32,000 bases of DNA from Candidatus Heimdallarchaeota archaeon (GCA_030614005.1 JAUWKS010000011.1:34498-66497), one strand, 5' to 3'. Positions 8,708 through 16,853 are shown, counted from the stretch's first letter. The notes: generated from the letters alone by a model not told the origin. Made by a program: numbers and translations.

Positions 8708-8887
8708 TTTGTTATTCTTTTGTTAATTATCTTTATCCATTCGAGTCTTTATTGTTAATTTTTCAAAAATAGCTGTATTTCTATGTGATTTTGAATATGA
8801 GCGAAGCACTCTTAAATTTAATAGCAATCTTCATTTAGGAGAAGGACAATATACCATTCCACTATTAATAGTATAGAAGTGATCACA

Positions 8888-9118
8888 ATGACCGCTGTTG
8901 ATAGATATTCCATCACATACAAAGAAGAAGTTAAGCATTTTAACAATCATGACGAGGCAATTATTTACGTGTTAAACTTACCACCAAGCACAGATAAAAT
9001 TAATATAAAAAAGTACGGTAGTTGGCAGAAAGTTTTGATTGATATTGTTGGAGAAATTAACGAAATCCAAAGATTAGTTAAGGTAGTTGGTGGTTGGAAA
9101 TCTTACGCAAAGAAATAA
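8888..9118 (+). CDS. Small hypothetical protein (76 aa from ATG 8888)
   Basis: ORF fills an otherwise empty gap, has protein-like composition and a GTGAT SD-like sequence just upstream of the ATG. No recognisable motif. Confidence 0.65.
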   Translation: MTAVDRYSITYKEEVKHFNNHDEAIIYVLNLPPSTDKINIKKYGSWQKVLIDIVGEINEIQRLVKVVGGWKSYAKK

Positions 9119-9275
9119 AGAAAAGTAATTTCATTTTTCTTGCTTCTTTCTAACCCATTACAATTTCTTTTTGAAATTTATTTTTAATTTTTAAATACAC
9201 TATCTTTTAATATTTGTATTTCAATGTTTTATGAGAAATGGCTTTTCTCGAAAAGTGGAGCTGTGATTTGTATCA

Positions 9276-10982
9276 ATGAAAAATGAACTGGTAATAGAAC
9301 AGCTAACTCAAATAGCTGATCTTTTGGAGATTATTGGTGAAAGTGTCTATAAAATAAGGGCTTATCGTAAAGCTGTTGATTCTTTACAGCAAACTGCTGA
9401 GGATATTGAAGTTATTGTTCAAGAAAAACGAGTAAAGGAATTACCAGGCATCGGTGATGCAATAGGTGAGAAAATCAAAGAGATAGTTGTAAATGGAAAA
9501 ACAACCTACTTGGATAAATTAACTCAAGAAATACCTGTAGAAGTTACTAGCTTAATGAAAGTTGAAGGTATAGGCGGAAAAACTGCTGGTAGATTATACA
9601 AAGAATTAGGTATTAAATCTATTACTGGTCTTGAAGAGGCAATCGAAAATGGCCTGTTAGCTAAACTTTCTGGATTCACTGAAAAGAAAATAGCAAAAAT
9701 CACTCGAGCATTGACTTTTGTAAAATCGGAACGGAGACCTCTTTTCAAAATGATTCCAATAGCATTAAATTTGAAGAAATTCTTGGAAGGGATAGATCTC
9801 ATTCAATCTGTGGAAATTGGTGGTTCCATTCGAAGAAGAAAATCAACAATACGAGATATTGATTTACATGCAATTGGAAAAGAAAAAGATTTTGAGCAAA
9901 TTATGGATATTTTCTCTCAAATGGATGATGTAGAGGACATTGTTGTCAAGGGTCCACTTAAAACAACTGTTAAACTTATGACTGGAATAAACGTAGATCT
10001 TCGAGTCTTGGAAGAGCATTCCAATGGATCTGGTCTAATTCATTCTACGGGTTCTAGAAATCATACCGTAAAATTACGAACAATTGCAGATAGGAATAAT
10101 CTGCTTCTGAATGAGTACGGTTTATTTGATGGAGAGGGGAAAACACTCATTGCTAGTGAAACCGAAGAAGAAGTTTACAAGGCAATGGGGATGAGTTATA
10201 TTCCTCCGGATATTAGAGAAGATCGTGGAGAAATTGAGCTGGCACAGAAGAATTCTCTGCCGGATTTAATTAACCTAGAAGATATTAAAGCTGATTTTCA
10301 TGTACATACAAATTGGTCTGATGGGAAATCTGTAATTCATGAAATGGCAGATGCAGCAGCAGAAAGGAATTATGAATATATCATTATTACAGACCACTTC
10401 GGTAAGAATCCGATCTACAAACCAATGAACGAAGAAAAATTAACGAAACAAAGAAAAGCTATTGAACAAATAGCCCAAAGTTCTTCAGTAGAAATATTGC
10501 AAGGGGTTGAATGTGATATCCTGAAGGACGGCTCTCTTAGCATTTCAAACAAATTAATGAAAGACTTGGATTTTGTTATTGCATCCATTCATTCGATTTT
10601 TGATATGCCTGAAGAAGAAATGACTTCGAGAATTATTACCGCAATGGATAATGAATTTGTACATGGTATCGGTCATCCTACTGGAAGACAATTAGGGAAA
10701 AGAGGAGGATATTCAATAAATTTCTCAAAAATAATTGAAAAATGCATTGAATCAAAGACATTTCTAGAAATAAATGCTTATCCGAATCGATTGGATGTAG
10801 ATGATAATGTTGTATTTGATTTCAAAAATAAAATTGAATTCTTCATTGGAACAGACAGTCATCAACATCAACAGCTAAAAAATATGGGTTATGGATTAAA
10901 CATCGCTCGAAGAGCCTGGTGCGAAAAGAAGAATATATTGAATACTCTGACCTCTAAAGAGCTGCTAAGAAAATTAGATTGA
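9276..10982 (+). CDS. polX: DNA polymerase/3'-5' exonuclease PolX with C-terminal PHP domain
   Basis: 8-kDa domain YKIRAYRKA, HhH motifs (LPGIGDAI, VEGIGGKTA), GSIRRRKSTIRDID with both catalytic Asp, third Asp in VDLRV, and TGS. PHP motifs HVHTNWSDG, ITDH, GVECD, SIHS, GHPTGR and GTDSH. Confidence 0.95.
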   Translation: MKNELVIEQLTQIADLLEIIGESVYKIRAYRKAVDSLQQTAEDIEVIVQEKRVKELPGIGDAIGEKIKEIVVNGKTTYLDKLTQEIPVEVTSLMKVEGIGGKTAGRLYKELGIKSITGLEEAIENGLLAKLSGFTEKKIAKITRALTFVKSERRPLFKMIPIALNLKKFLEGIDLIQSVEIGGSIRRRKSTIRDIDLHAIGKEKDFEQIMDIFSQMDDVEDIVVKGPLKTTVKLMTGINVDLRVLEEHSNGSGLIHSTGSRNHTVKLRTIADRNNLLLNEYGLFDGEGKTLIASETEEEVYKAMGMSYIPPDIREDRGEIELAQKNSLPDLINLEDIKADFHVHTNWSDGKSVIHEMADAAAERNYEYIIITDHFGKNPIYKPMNEEKLTKQRKAIEQIAQSSSVEILQGVECDILKDGSLSISNKLMKDLDFVIASIHSIFDMPEEEMTSRIITAMDNEFVHGIGHPTGRQLGKRGGYSINFSKIIEKCIESKTFLEINAYPNRLDVDDNVVFDFKNKIEFFIGTDSHQHQQLKNMGYGLNIARRAWCEKKNILNTLTSKELLRKLD

Positions 10983-11059
10983 ATTTTTTTTCTGCTTGCT
11001 AAAAAATTAATAATCCGTTATTTAGTATAATATTTCATCAATAATTTGTACATAAAAAA

Positions 11060-11215
11060 TGGCGAAAAAGGGACCATTTCAAGCGTCTTGCAATCTCAAT
11101 AGATTGAGAGTTTTGCAATATTCTATCGTGGTCTTTATCCTTCGGAAATCCTAACCAATATCTATCTCAATCCTAAAGATATTGTTAGTCTTTTTCGGAG
11201 GCTTTTTCTTCGCCA
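11060..11215 (+). ncRNA. Candidate structured ncRNA or cis-regulatory RNA (multi-branch, ~155 nt), family unrecognised
   Basis: Closing stem TGGCGAA/TTCGCCA. Long arm GGGACCAT...GTGGTCTTT with apical TTGCAA-TCTCAA-TAGA-TTGAGA-GTT-TTGCAA. Further stems TCC-TTC-GGA, CTAAC(C)AATATCT/AGATATTGTTAG and AGTCTT/GAGGCT. G-U pairs and TTCG loops favour the plus strand. Confidence 0.6.
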
Positions 11216-11289
11216 ATTAAATTATAGGCATTATCTTTAAAATAGGTTTTAATAACAGCTAAGAAGAAACTTTTATTCTCAAACAATCC

Positions 11290-11325
11290 TTTTTAACTGA
11301 AAAATTAACATGAAACAGTTAAAAA
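11290..11325. repeat. Perfect inverted repeat TTTTTAACTG-N16-CAGTTAAAAA
   Basis: 10-bp arms at 11290-11299 and 11316-11325, between the structured RNA candidate and the DUF202 gene. Confidence 0.45.
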
Positions 11326-11460
11326 CCAACTAATCTCTACTTCCAATGAATGCTTTTTCTAAGATACTATCACAAAACCATCGAAGTGATTGTTTCACAT
11401 CAAATATAAAGTAACAATTTTTAATGTTCACGTTAATATAACTATGGTAGGTCAATTGAT

Positions 11461-11826
11461 ATGAAGAAACCCAACAGAAAGAAAAAGGAAACTAAATCAA
11501 TATATAGTGTGCATACAGACGAATTAATAATGAGGGATCATCTCGCAGTAGATAGAACTTCTTTAGCAAATGAAAGAACGTTCCAAGCGTATGTTAGATC
11601 CGGATTAGCTTTCGGTGCTGTTGGATTTGGATTAATTAAACTGATTGAAACTACAATAGCTTTGGTTACCCTTGGTTGGATTCTAATTGTAATTGGTATT
11701 ATAACACTAATAATTGGAACAATACGATTCTTCCAATTTAGAAAAAGTATTAGTGCCTTGAGTTGTCAATATAATATTAAAGATAAATCAAAAATTTTAG
11801 TTGTTGAAGAAAAGGAAAACGAGTAG
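11461..11826 (+). CDS. DUF202 (YidH-like) small membrane protein
   Basis: Signature RDHLA...LANERTFxAYVRSGLA followed by two hydrophobic helices. Confidence 0.9.
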   Translation: MKKPNRKKKETKSIYSVHTDELIMRDHLAVDRTSLANERTFQAYVRSGLAFGAVGFGLIKLIETTIALVTLGWILIVIGIITLIIGTIRFFQFRKSISALSCQYNIKDKSKILVVEEKENE

Positions 11827-11870
11827 CAAATTTTTGAAAAAAATAAGATGAAGGAAGAAAAAAAGTCTTC

Positions 11871-13109
11871 CTAATAGTCAAGTTTATCGAAGAGTCTCAT
11901 AGTGTCAGGTTCGATTTCCATATCATCAAGGAATCGCATTGCTGCTCTATTGGGATCACTTGACCGGTAAATGTATCTTCCAACTATGATAATATCTGCT
12001 CCGGCGCGAAGTGCTTCTGCCAATGGTTTTCCAGGTTTCAATCCACCTGCCACTGCTACTAAACCACCAGTGATTTTCTTGATTTTCTTGATATCACCCC
12101 AAACAGAGCGCGACGCAGAAGTTCCTTCTTTCGTTGCTGTTCCTTCTTTTTGAGCAACTTCTTGATCAATACCTCTGTGTAGAATGACTACTTTTGGTTT
12201 TTCTGGAAGTGCATCAAGCATAGCGATAAATTTAACTTGATTAGTGTTTAGGGAATCAATCCAAGCATGAATGCCTCTTTTATTACAAGCACGAATGAAT
12301 TCTTTTACGGTGTCTATCGGAGCAATACCTGAGACAACACAAGCATTTGCAGTTGCATCTGCTGCTGCATTTACTTCTGCTCTACCAACATCAAGTGTTT
12401 TCATATCGGCTATAATATAACCACCTGGTTTCAATTCTCTCATTCTGCCAACAGTTTCTTCGATACCATATTTCTTGATGTATGGTGTACCGATTTCGAT
12501 AATCATTCTATCAGATTTTGGAAGTTGCTCAACAATCTTGATTGCTGCTGATAACGACCCAACATCTAAAGCTACTTGGACATAAGGAGGGTTCCAGAGT
12601 GTCTGAGGTTTGAATTTCATTACTGGGTGTCTCGCACGATCCTTTTCTGCGATGAGTTTTTTCATTGGTGGATAGTTACTGAGAGCTCGTTTTAAAGCTA
12701 ATCGTGTTGCACCATAGTTATAATAGTAAATTTTAGACTCACTTTCAGCTTTAGGATGAATATACACACTCACAATTACTACATAATTCATGAGCTTATC
12801 TTTGGGTATATCTCCTTCTGCTGCTGCATCTGCAACAGCTTTTGCTACAGCCATTTGTGCCGGACCGAAAATTTTCCCTGCTTGGTCTAAATTTTCGATT
12901 GTAACTTTTGGTACAATGAGTGTTCTAGGATGTGGTTGTAAGTTTGGTTTTATTAATGCTAAAAGGGGTGTGTGTCCTTTCGATAATTGAGTCATCCCAT
13001 TAGCAAATGCAATACCAACCGGTCCATCCTTATCCCCGATCATTAAATCTATATGGGCTAACTCATGACCTTTACCTTGAAGAGCTTCGCCAATAAAAAA
13101 GTCTGCCAA
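11871..13109 (-). CDS. fae-hps: Bifunctional formaldehyde-activating enzyme / 3-hexulose-6-phosphate synthase (Fae-Hps)
   Basis: Fae domain IGEAL...ELAHIDLMIGDKDGPVG...GHTPLL...FGPAQMAVAKAVAD...YNYGATRLA. HPS barrel PYVQVALD, IEIGTP, ADMKTLD, LHRGID, VAVAGG and IIVGR. TTG start. Confidence 0.95.
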   Translation of the reverse strand: MADFFIGEALQGKGHELAHIDLMIGDKDGPVGIAFANGMTQLSKGHTPLLALIKPNLQPHPRTLIVPKVTIENLDQAGKIFGPAQMAVAKAVADAAAEGDIPKDKLMNYVVIVSVYIHPKAESESKIYYYNYGATRLALKRALSNYPPMKKLIAEKDRARHPVMKFKPQTLWNPPYVQVALDVGSLSAAIKIVEQLPKSDRMIIEIGTPYIKKYGIEETVGRMRELKPGGYIIADMKTLDVGRAEVNAAADATANACVVSGIAPIDTVKEFIRACNKRGIHAWIDSLNTNQVKFIAMLDALPEKPKVVILHRGIDQEVAQKEGTATKEGTSASRSVWGDIKKIKKITGGLVAVAGGLKPGKPLAEALRAGADIIIVGRYIYRSSDPNRAAMRFLDDMEIEPDTMRLFDKLDY

Positions 13110-13281
13110 TTTTTCATACCACCAAGATGAATATTTAGTTTGGTTCTGTATAAACCTCGATTGCTTTTATATTATAAGTTTATCTAACTCGCTAATAATT
13201 CACAGATAATATCTCAACTCGATTTTTTGTCTCTCTAGTCTCCGAAAGGTTTTTTGCTTACTTTTTCTTTAGATAATAATC

Positions 13282-14154
13282 ATGTGGAAAAAAAGTCCTG
13301 TACCATTCTTAAAAGGGAAGAGACCTCTTGTTATGGCCCATAGAGGTGACAGTGCAAATGTTCCTGAAAATACTTTCCAAGCAGTCAAAGATGCTTTTGA
13401 TTTAAAAGTGGATGTTATAGAAGCAGATCTTCGTATTACTAAAGACGATGAGATTGTCTTCTTTCATGATGCTACTATAAATCGGACAACAAATGGACGA
13501 GGTTTTGTTAGGTCCTACATTCTTAAAGAACTCAAAATGTTTGAACAAGGATATAATTTCCAAGGTGAAGGTGAATTCAATAAAACTTTCCCATTCAGAG
13601 GTGCAGGTTTTAAAATTCAGTCAGTTGATGATATTCTTACATTATTCCCAAAAATGAGATTCAATATGGATATAAAAGATAGAGACCCTAAAGCACCAAT
13701 AATATTGGCAAATAAACTTAAAAAATTTGATGTAGAAGATCGAGTAATGGTGGGTTCATTTCACACAAAACAGCTTGAAAGATTTAGAGAAATATCAGGA
13801 GCTCCAACAAGTGCGGGTCCCTCAGAAGTGTGGCATTTTCGGCAAAGAGTGAAAAAATGGATGAAAAAGAATGTCACTAAACCTCTTGGGGATATTAAAT
13901 CACTAGAACAAGAAGAAATTTTAGGATACACTTTACCATATTTTGCTTTACAGATTCCTGAAAGAATACTTTTACTAAAAATCTTTAAAAGTTCAAGATT
14001 CTTCCAAATATCTCATTTGCTAAATATGGCAATTCATGTCTGGACAGTAAACGAGCCTGGAGATATGTTTAGATTATTAGAATGGGGTGTTGACGGTATT
14101 TTCTCGGATAATCCAAAACTATTGAAAGAAATTATCGAATTTAAATTTAAATGA
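13282..14154 (+). CDS. Glycerophosphodiester phosphodiesterase (GDPD family)
   Basis: MAHRGDS..PENT, IEADL, FFHD, NMDIK, HVWTVN and GVDGIFSDNP. Confidence 0.93.
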   Translation: MWKKSPVPFLKGKRPLVMAHRGDSANVPENTFQAVKDAFDLKVDVIEADLRITKDDEIVFFHDATINRTTNGRGFVRSYILKELKMFEQGYNFQGEGEFNKTFPFRGAGFKIQSVDDILTLFPKMRFNMDIKDRDPKAPIILANKLKKFDVEDRVMVGSFHTKQLERFREISGAPTSAGPSEVWHFRQRVKKWMKKNVTKPLGDIKSLEQEEILGYTLPYFALQIPERILLLKIFKSSRFFQISHLLNMAIHVWTVNEPGDMFRLLEWGVDGIFSDNPKLLKEIIEFKFK

Positions 14155-14217
14155 AAAAGTATTATTTAAGCAGATATTTGTTTAGAACAGAACAGTTTTT
14201 TCACTTTTTTCCTTGAA

Positions 14218-14295
14218 GTCACGTATCGTGACCTCACGAAGAGTGACCTCAAATTGAGTCTACATAATGTGAATTTTCTTTTTAAATAAAAATAG
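14218..14295 (+). promoter_or_regulatory. Promoter/operator block of bactofilin-like gene A
   Basis: Palindrome GTCACG-TAT-CGTGAC (14218-14232), two direct copies of GTGACCTCA (14228, 14243) and TATA-like TTTAAATA (14281-14288). 14243-14295 is duplicated upstream of gene B. Confidence 0.65.
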
Positions 14296-14351
14296 ACTCA
14301 GTAAACATAGGGACTAATAAGGAAATCCAGTAAAACATTGGAGGATATTCA

Positions 14352-15527
14352 ATGACGATGAAACAAATAATGAAACTAAAAAAGAGAACCCGGACGAAAC
14401 TCACTGTAGTCGAAGGGGACTTGAAAATAGGTAAAGGCGCAACAATTATTGCAGAAAAAGATACAATTGTTGTCAATGGTAAAATTAAGAATAAAGGTGG
14501 CTTTAAATGCAAAGGCAATTTACAAGTCAGAAGCATTCAAAGCGAAAAAGGTTCAGTAACAATTTTTGGTAATTTAGAGGTTGACAGAGATATCAATGTC
14601 GACAAGAAGCTTACTGTAAATGGAACCTTGACTGCACATAATGTCTCAGTAGGTATGACCGCTAAGATAACAGATGCTGTTGAAGTAGAAAAAATCAGCG
14701 CTGGTATGAAAATTATCCTTAACGGAAGTTCAAAAGCTGAAAAACTAAGTGCTGGTATGAAGGTTATCCTAAATGGAAAAGAAAACCAAATTGATAAAAT
14801 TTCAGCTGGTATGAGTCTTATATTAAATGGTTCAGGTAAATATGAATCTTTGAGTGCTGGTATGAGTATCAAAGCTTCTAGTGGCGATATTGGAAGTGCA
14901 AGTGCTGGTATGAGTATTATTACAAAAGGACCTATAAAAATGGATTCTGTTAGTGCTGGAATAAGTTTGAAACTCAAGGACATAGCAGAGCTTGGCAAAG
15001 CAAGTGCTGGTATGAGTATTAAGGCTTTTAATGATTTAACTTTTGAAAGTGTATCTGCAGGTATGTCCGTTAAAATACAGGGTAAAGCTGTTGGAGAACA
15101 AATAAGCGTTGGTATGAGTCTTTTTGCAAAAGAGTTAACAGTGCAAGGAAAGGTTTCTGCTGGTATGAAAGTTAAAACATCTAAAGAAATTACTTGTGAT
15201 GAACTTTCTGTAGGAAGAACTATTATTGCAAAATTCGTTAAAGCACGCAAGATAACTATTGGCAAAAAAGGAAGGCTCTTAGCTGATGTCTCAGCGGATG
15301 AAGTTATTCTAAGAGAACGAGTAAGAGCTAAAAACATTATTGCTCTAGATCTCGAGATGATGGAGAAAAGTAGAGCAAAAAATGTCTATGTTGAACGGTT
15401 AATAATTGAAGATGGTGCAAGAATAACCGGCAACCTAGAATACACTGATTCTATTGAAGTGGAAGCTGGTGCAAAGATTCGCAAAGAGCCAAAAAAAGTG
15501 GCTAAACTTCCACAGCATAAGATTTGA
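14352..15527 (+). CDS. Bactofilin-like (polymer-forming cytoskeletal) beta-helix protein A, S[AV]GM repeats
   Basis: 12 repeats of about 17 aa centred on S[AV]G[MIR], flanked by bactofilin-type segments (VEGDLKIG, GNLEV, ITGNLEY). GGAGG SD. Confidence 0.8.
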   Translation: MTMKQIMKLKKRTRTKLTVVEGDLKIGKGATIIAEKDTIVVNGKIKNKGGFKCKGNLQVRSIQSEKGSVTIFGNLEVDRDINVDKKLTVNGTLTAHNVSVGMTAKITDAVEVEKISAGMKIILNGSSKAEKLSAGMKVILNGKENQIDKISAGMSLILNGSGKYESLSAGMSIKASSGDIGSASAGMSIITKGPIKMDSVSAGISLKLKDIAELGKASAGMSIKAFNDLTFESVSAGMSVKIQGKAVGEQISVGMSLFAKELTVQGKVSAGMKVKTSKEITCDELSVGRTIIAKFVKARKITIGKKGRLLADVSADEVILRERVRAKNIIALDLEMMEKSRAKNVYVERLIIEDGARITGNLEYTDSIEVEAGAKIRKEPKKVAKLPQHKI

Positions 15528-15541
15528 TCACCTTTTTTTCA

Positions 15542-15565
15542 AGCTATTCTCGCGAGAGAATAGCT
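15542..15565 (+). terminator. Perfect hairpin AGCTATTCTC-GCGA-GAGAATAGCT between the two beta-helix genes
   Basis: 10-bp perfect stem with a GNRA-type loop, preceded by a T-run directly after the gene A stop and followed by T-rich sequence. Confidence 0.65.
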
Positions 15566-15591
15566 AAACTTTTTATTTTGAGTAACAAATT

Positions 15592-15645
15592 GTGACCTCA
15601 AATTGTGTGTACAAAATGTGAATTTCCTTTATATACTAAAAATAG
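15592..15645 (+). promoter_or_regulatory. Promoter/operator block of bactofilin-like gene B (copy of 14243-14295)
   Basis: GTGACCTCAAATTG...ATGTGAATTT...TAAAAATAG matches the gene A block at 47 of 54 positions by manual alignment. TATA-like TTTATATA. Confidence 0.7.
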
Positions 15646-15686
15646 TTAATCTATAATTAGAAAGAATATGTCTTGGTGATGAAAAA

Positions 15687-16853
15687 ATGTCCGAAATAAG
15701 AGTAGAAAAAGGTCAAGTAAAAAAACTAGGTGTTGTTGATGGAAACCTCCGGATAGGGAAAGAAGCAACACTCATTGCAGAGGATGGGACAATAACTGTT
15801 AATGGTTCTATTAATTCAAGAGGATCTTTTGATTGTGAAGGTAATTTACAAGCAAGGTCTTTAAAAGTAAAGAACGGTTCAGCTGAAATTTTTGGTAATC
15901 TAGAAATAGAACAAATAGTAACTGTTGATAAAAAACTCGATGTTAGTGGTTCTTTTGTATGCCCTGAGGTTTCAGTCGGTAGAACTTTGATTGTAGAATC
16001 CACTACAAAAATCAGTTCTGTAACTGTTGGTGGAACAGCGAAATTCGAAGGGGAAACTTCTATTGAGTCTGTTAGAGTTGGTGGTACTTTGAAGATTTTA
16101 GGAGAATCTGATATTGGTTCTGTTTCTGTTGGTGGTACTGCAAAATTCAATGCCAATGCTAAAGTTGATTCAATAGATGTTGGTGGTACTTTAAAGACCT
16201 CAAGCGGTGTTTTTGGCACAATTAAAGTAGGTGGTACTTACAAAGCATATGAAAAAGTTGACATTCAAGTTATCGATGTTGGCGGTACTGTTAAACTTTT
16301 GGCATCATCAAAAATACAAGATATTGATGTTGGTGGCACTTTTAGAGCTCTTTCAGATTTAGAATTTGGATTATTAGATGTTGGTGGTTCAATTAAGATC
16401 GAAGGCAATGCTGAAGGAGAAGAAGTAAAAGTAGGTGGTACCCTTGTTTGCTATAAAAATCTAACTTGCTCAGGAAATATTTCTGTTGGTGGCACTTGTT
16501 CTGTAGAAAAGGTATTGACTGGCAATCAAATAGAAGTCGGTGGAAAACTACAAGCATTATTAATTAATGGCAAGTACGTTAAAATCGGCAGAAGAGGAGA
16601 AATAATTGGTACAGTCAATTCTGATAAAATTGTTATCTCTGACCGTGCAACAACTAGAAATCTTTATGGTAAAGATATTCGTATAGAAGAAAATTGTAGA
16701 ATCAGAAACATCTATGGCGAAGATATATCTATTGAAGAAGGAACAAGAGTCTCTGGAGAGATTTTGTATACAAATGAAATTTATATTGAGGAAGGTGTCA
16801 AACTTTCCAAAGAACCAAAGAAAGTTTCTTCTCTCCCTCCTGTAAAAGCATAA
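15687..16853 (+). CDS. Bactofilin-like (polymer-forming cytoskeletal) beta-helix protein B, VGG repeats
   Basis: 12 repeats of about 17 aa centred on VG[GR][TSK]. N- and C-terminal caps align with protein A (FGNLE, VDKKL, KEPKKV). GGTGAT SD. Confidence 0.82.
   Translation: MSEIRVEKGQVKKLGVVDGNLRIGKEATLIAEDGTITVNGSINSRGSFDCEGNLQARSLKVKNGSAEIFGNLEIEQIVTVDKKLDVSGSFVCPEVSVGRTLIVESTTKISSVTVGGTAKFEGETSIESVRVGGTLKILGESDIGSVSVGGTAKFNANAKVDSIDVGGTLKTSSGVFGTIKVGGTYKAYEKVDIQVIDVGGTVKLLASSKIQDIDVGGTFRALSDLEFGLLDVGGSIKIEGNAEGEEVKVGGTLVCYKNLTCSGNISVGGTCSVEKVLTGNQIEVGGKLQALLINGKYVKIGRRGEIIGTVNSDKIVISDRATTRNLYGKDIRIEENCRIRNIYGEDISIEEGTRVSGEILYTNEIYIEEGVKLSKEPKKVSSLPPVKA

Noticed and set aside
8825-8887. Open frame and AGGAGAAGG upstream of the 76-aa ORF suggesting a non-canonical ATA start, plus the palindrome ACTATTAATAGT (8861-8872)
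   Set aside because: A conventional ATG with GTGAT upstream explains the gene, and an AT-rich 12-bp palindrome is weak evidence alone.
10980-11215. PolX TGA stop followed by a structured element as possible selenocysteine recoding with a SECIS
   Set aside because: The TGA falls at the normal end of the PHP domain, read-through adds only a short meaningless peptide, and the structure lacks a recognisable SECIS core.
11310-11415. Tiny ORFs (7 and 22 codons) upstream of the DUF202 gene as leader peptides
   Set aside because: No SD, no biased amino-acid content, and lengths expected by chance.
14537-15337. 266-aa antisense ORF with IPAL repeats, and similar antisense ORFs at 14282-14536 and 15713-16219
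   Set aside because: These mirror the repetitive codons of the bactofilin-like genes on the opposite strand, and have no SD or independent motif.
14640-16560. Periodic GCTGGTATG and GTTGGTGG nucleotide repeats as a possible CRISPR array or DGR repeat
   Set aside because: They are short in-frame codons of protein repeats at about 51-nt period with synonymous variation; no cas or reverse transcriptase gene is present.
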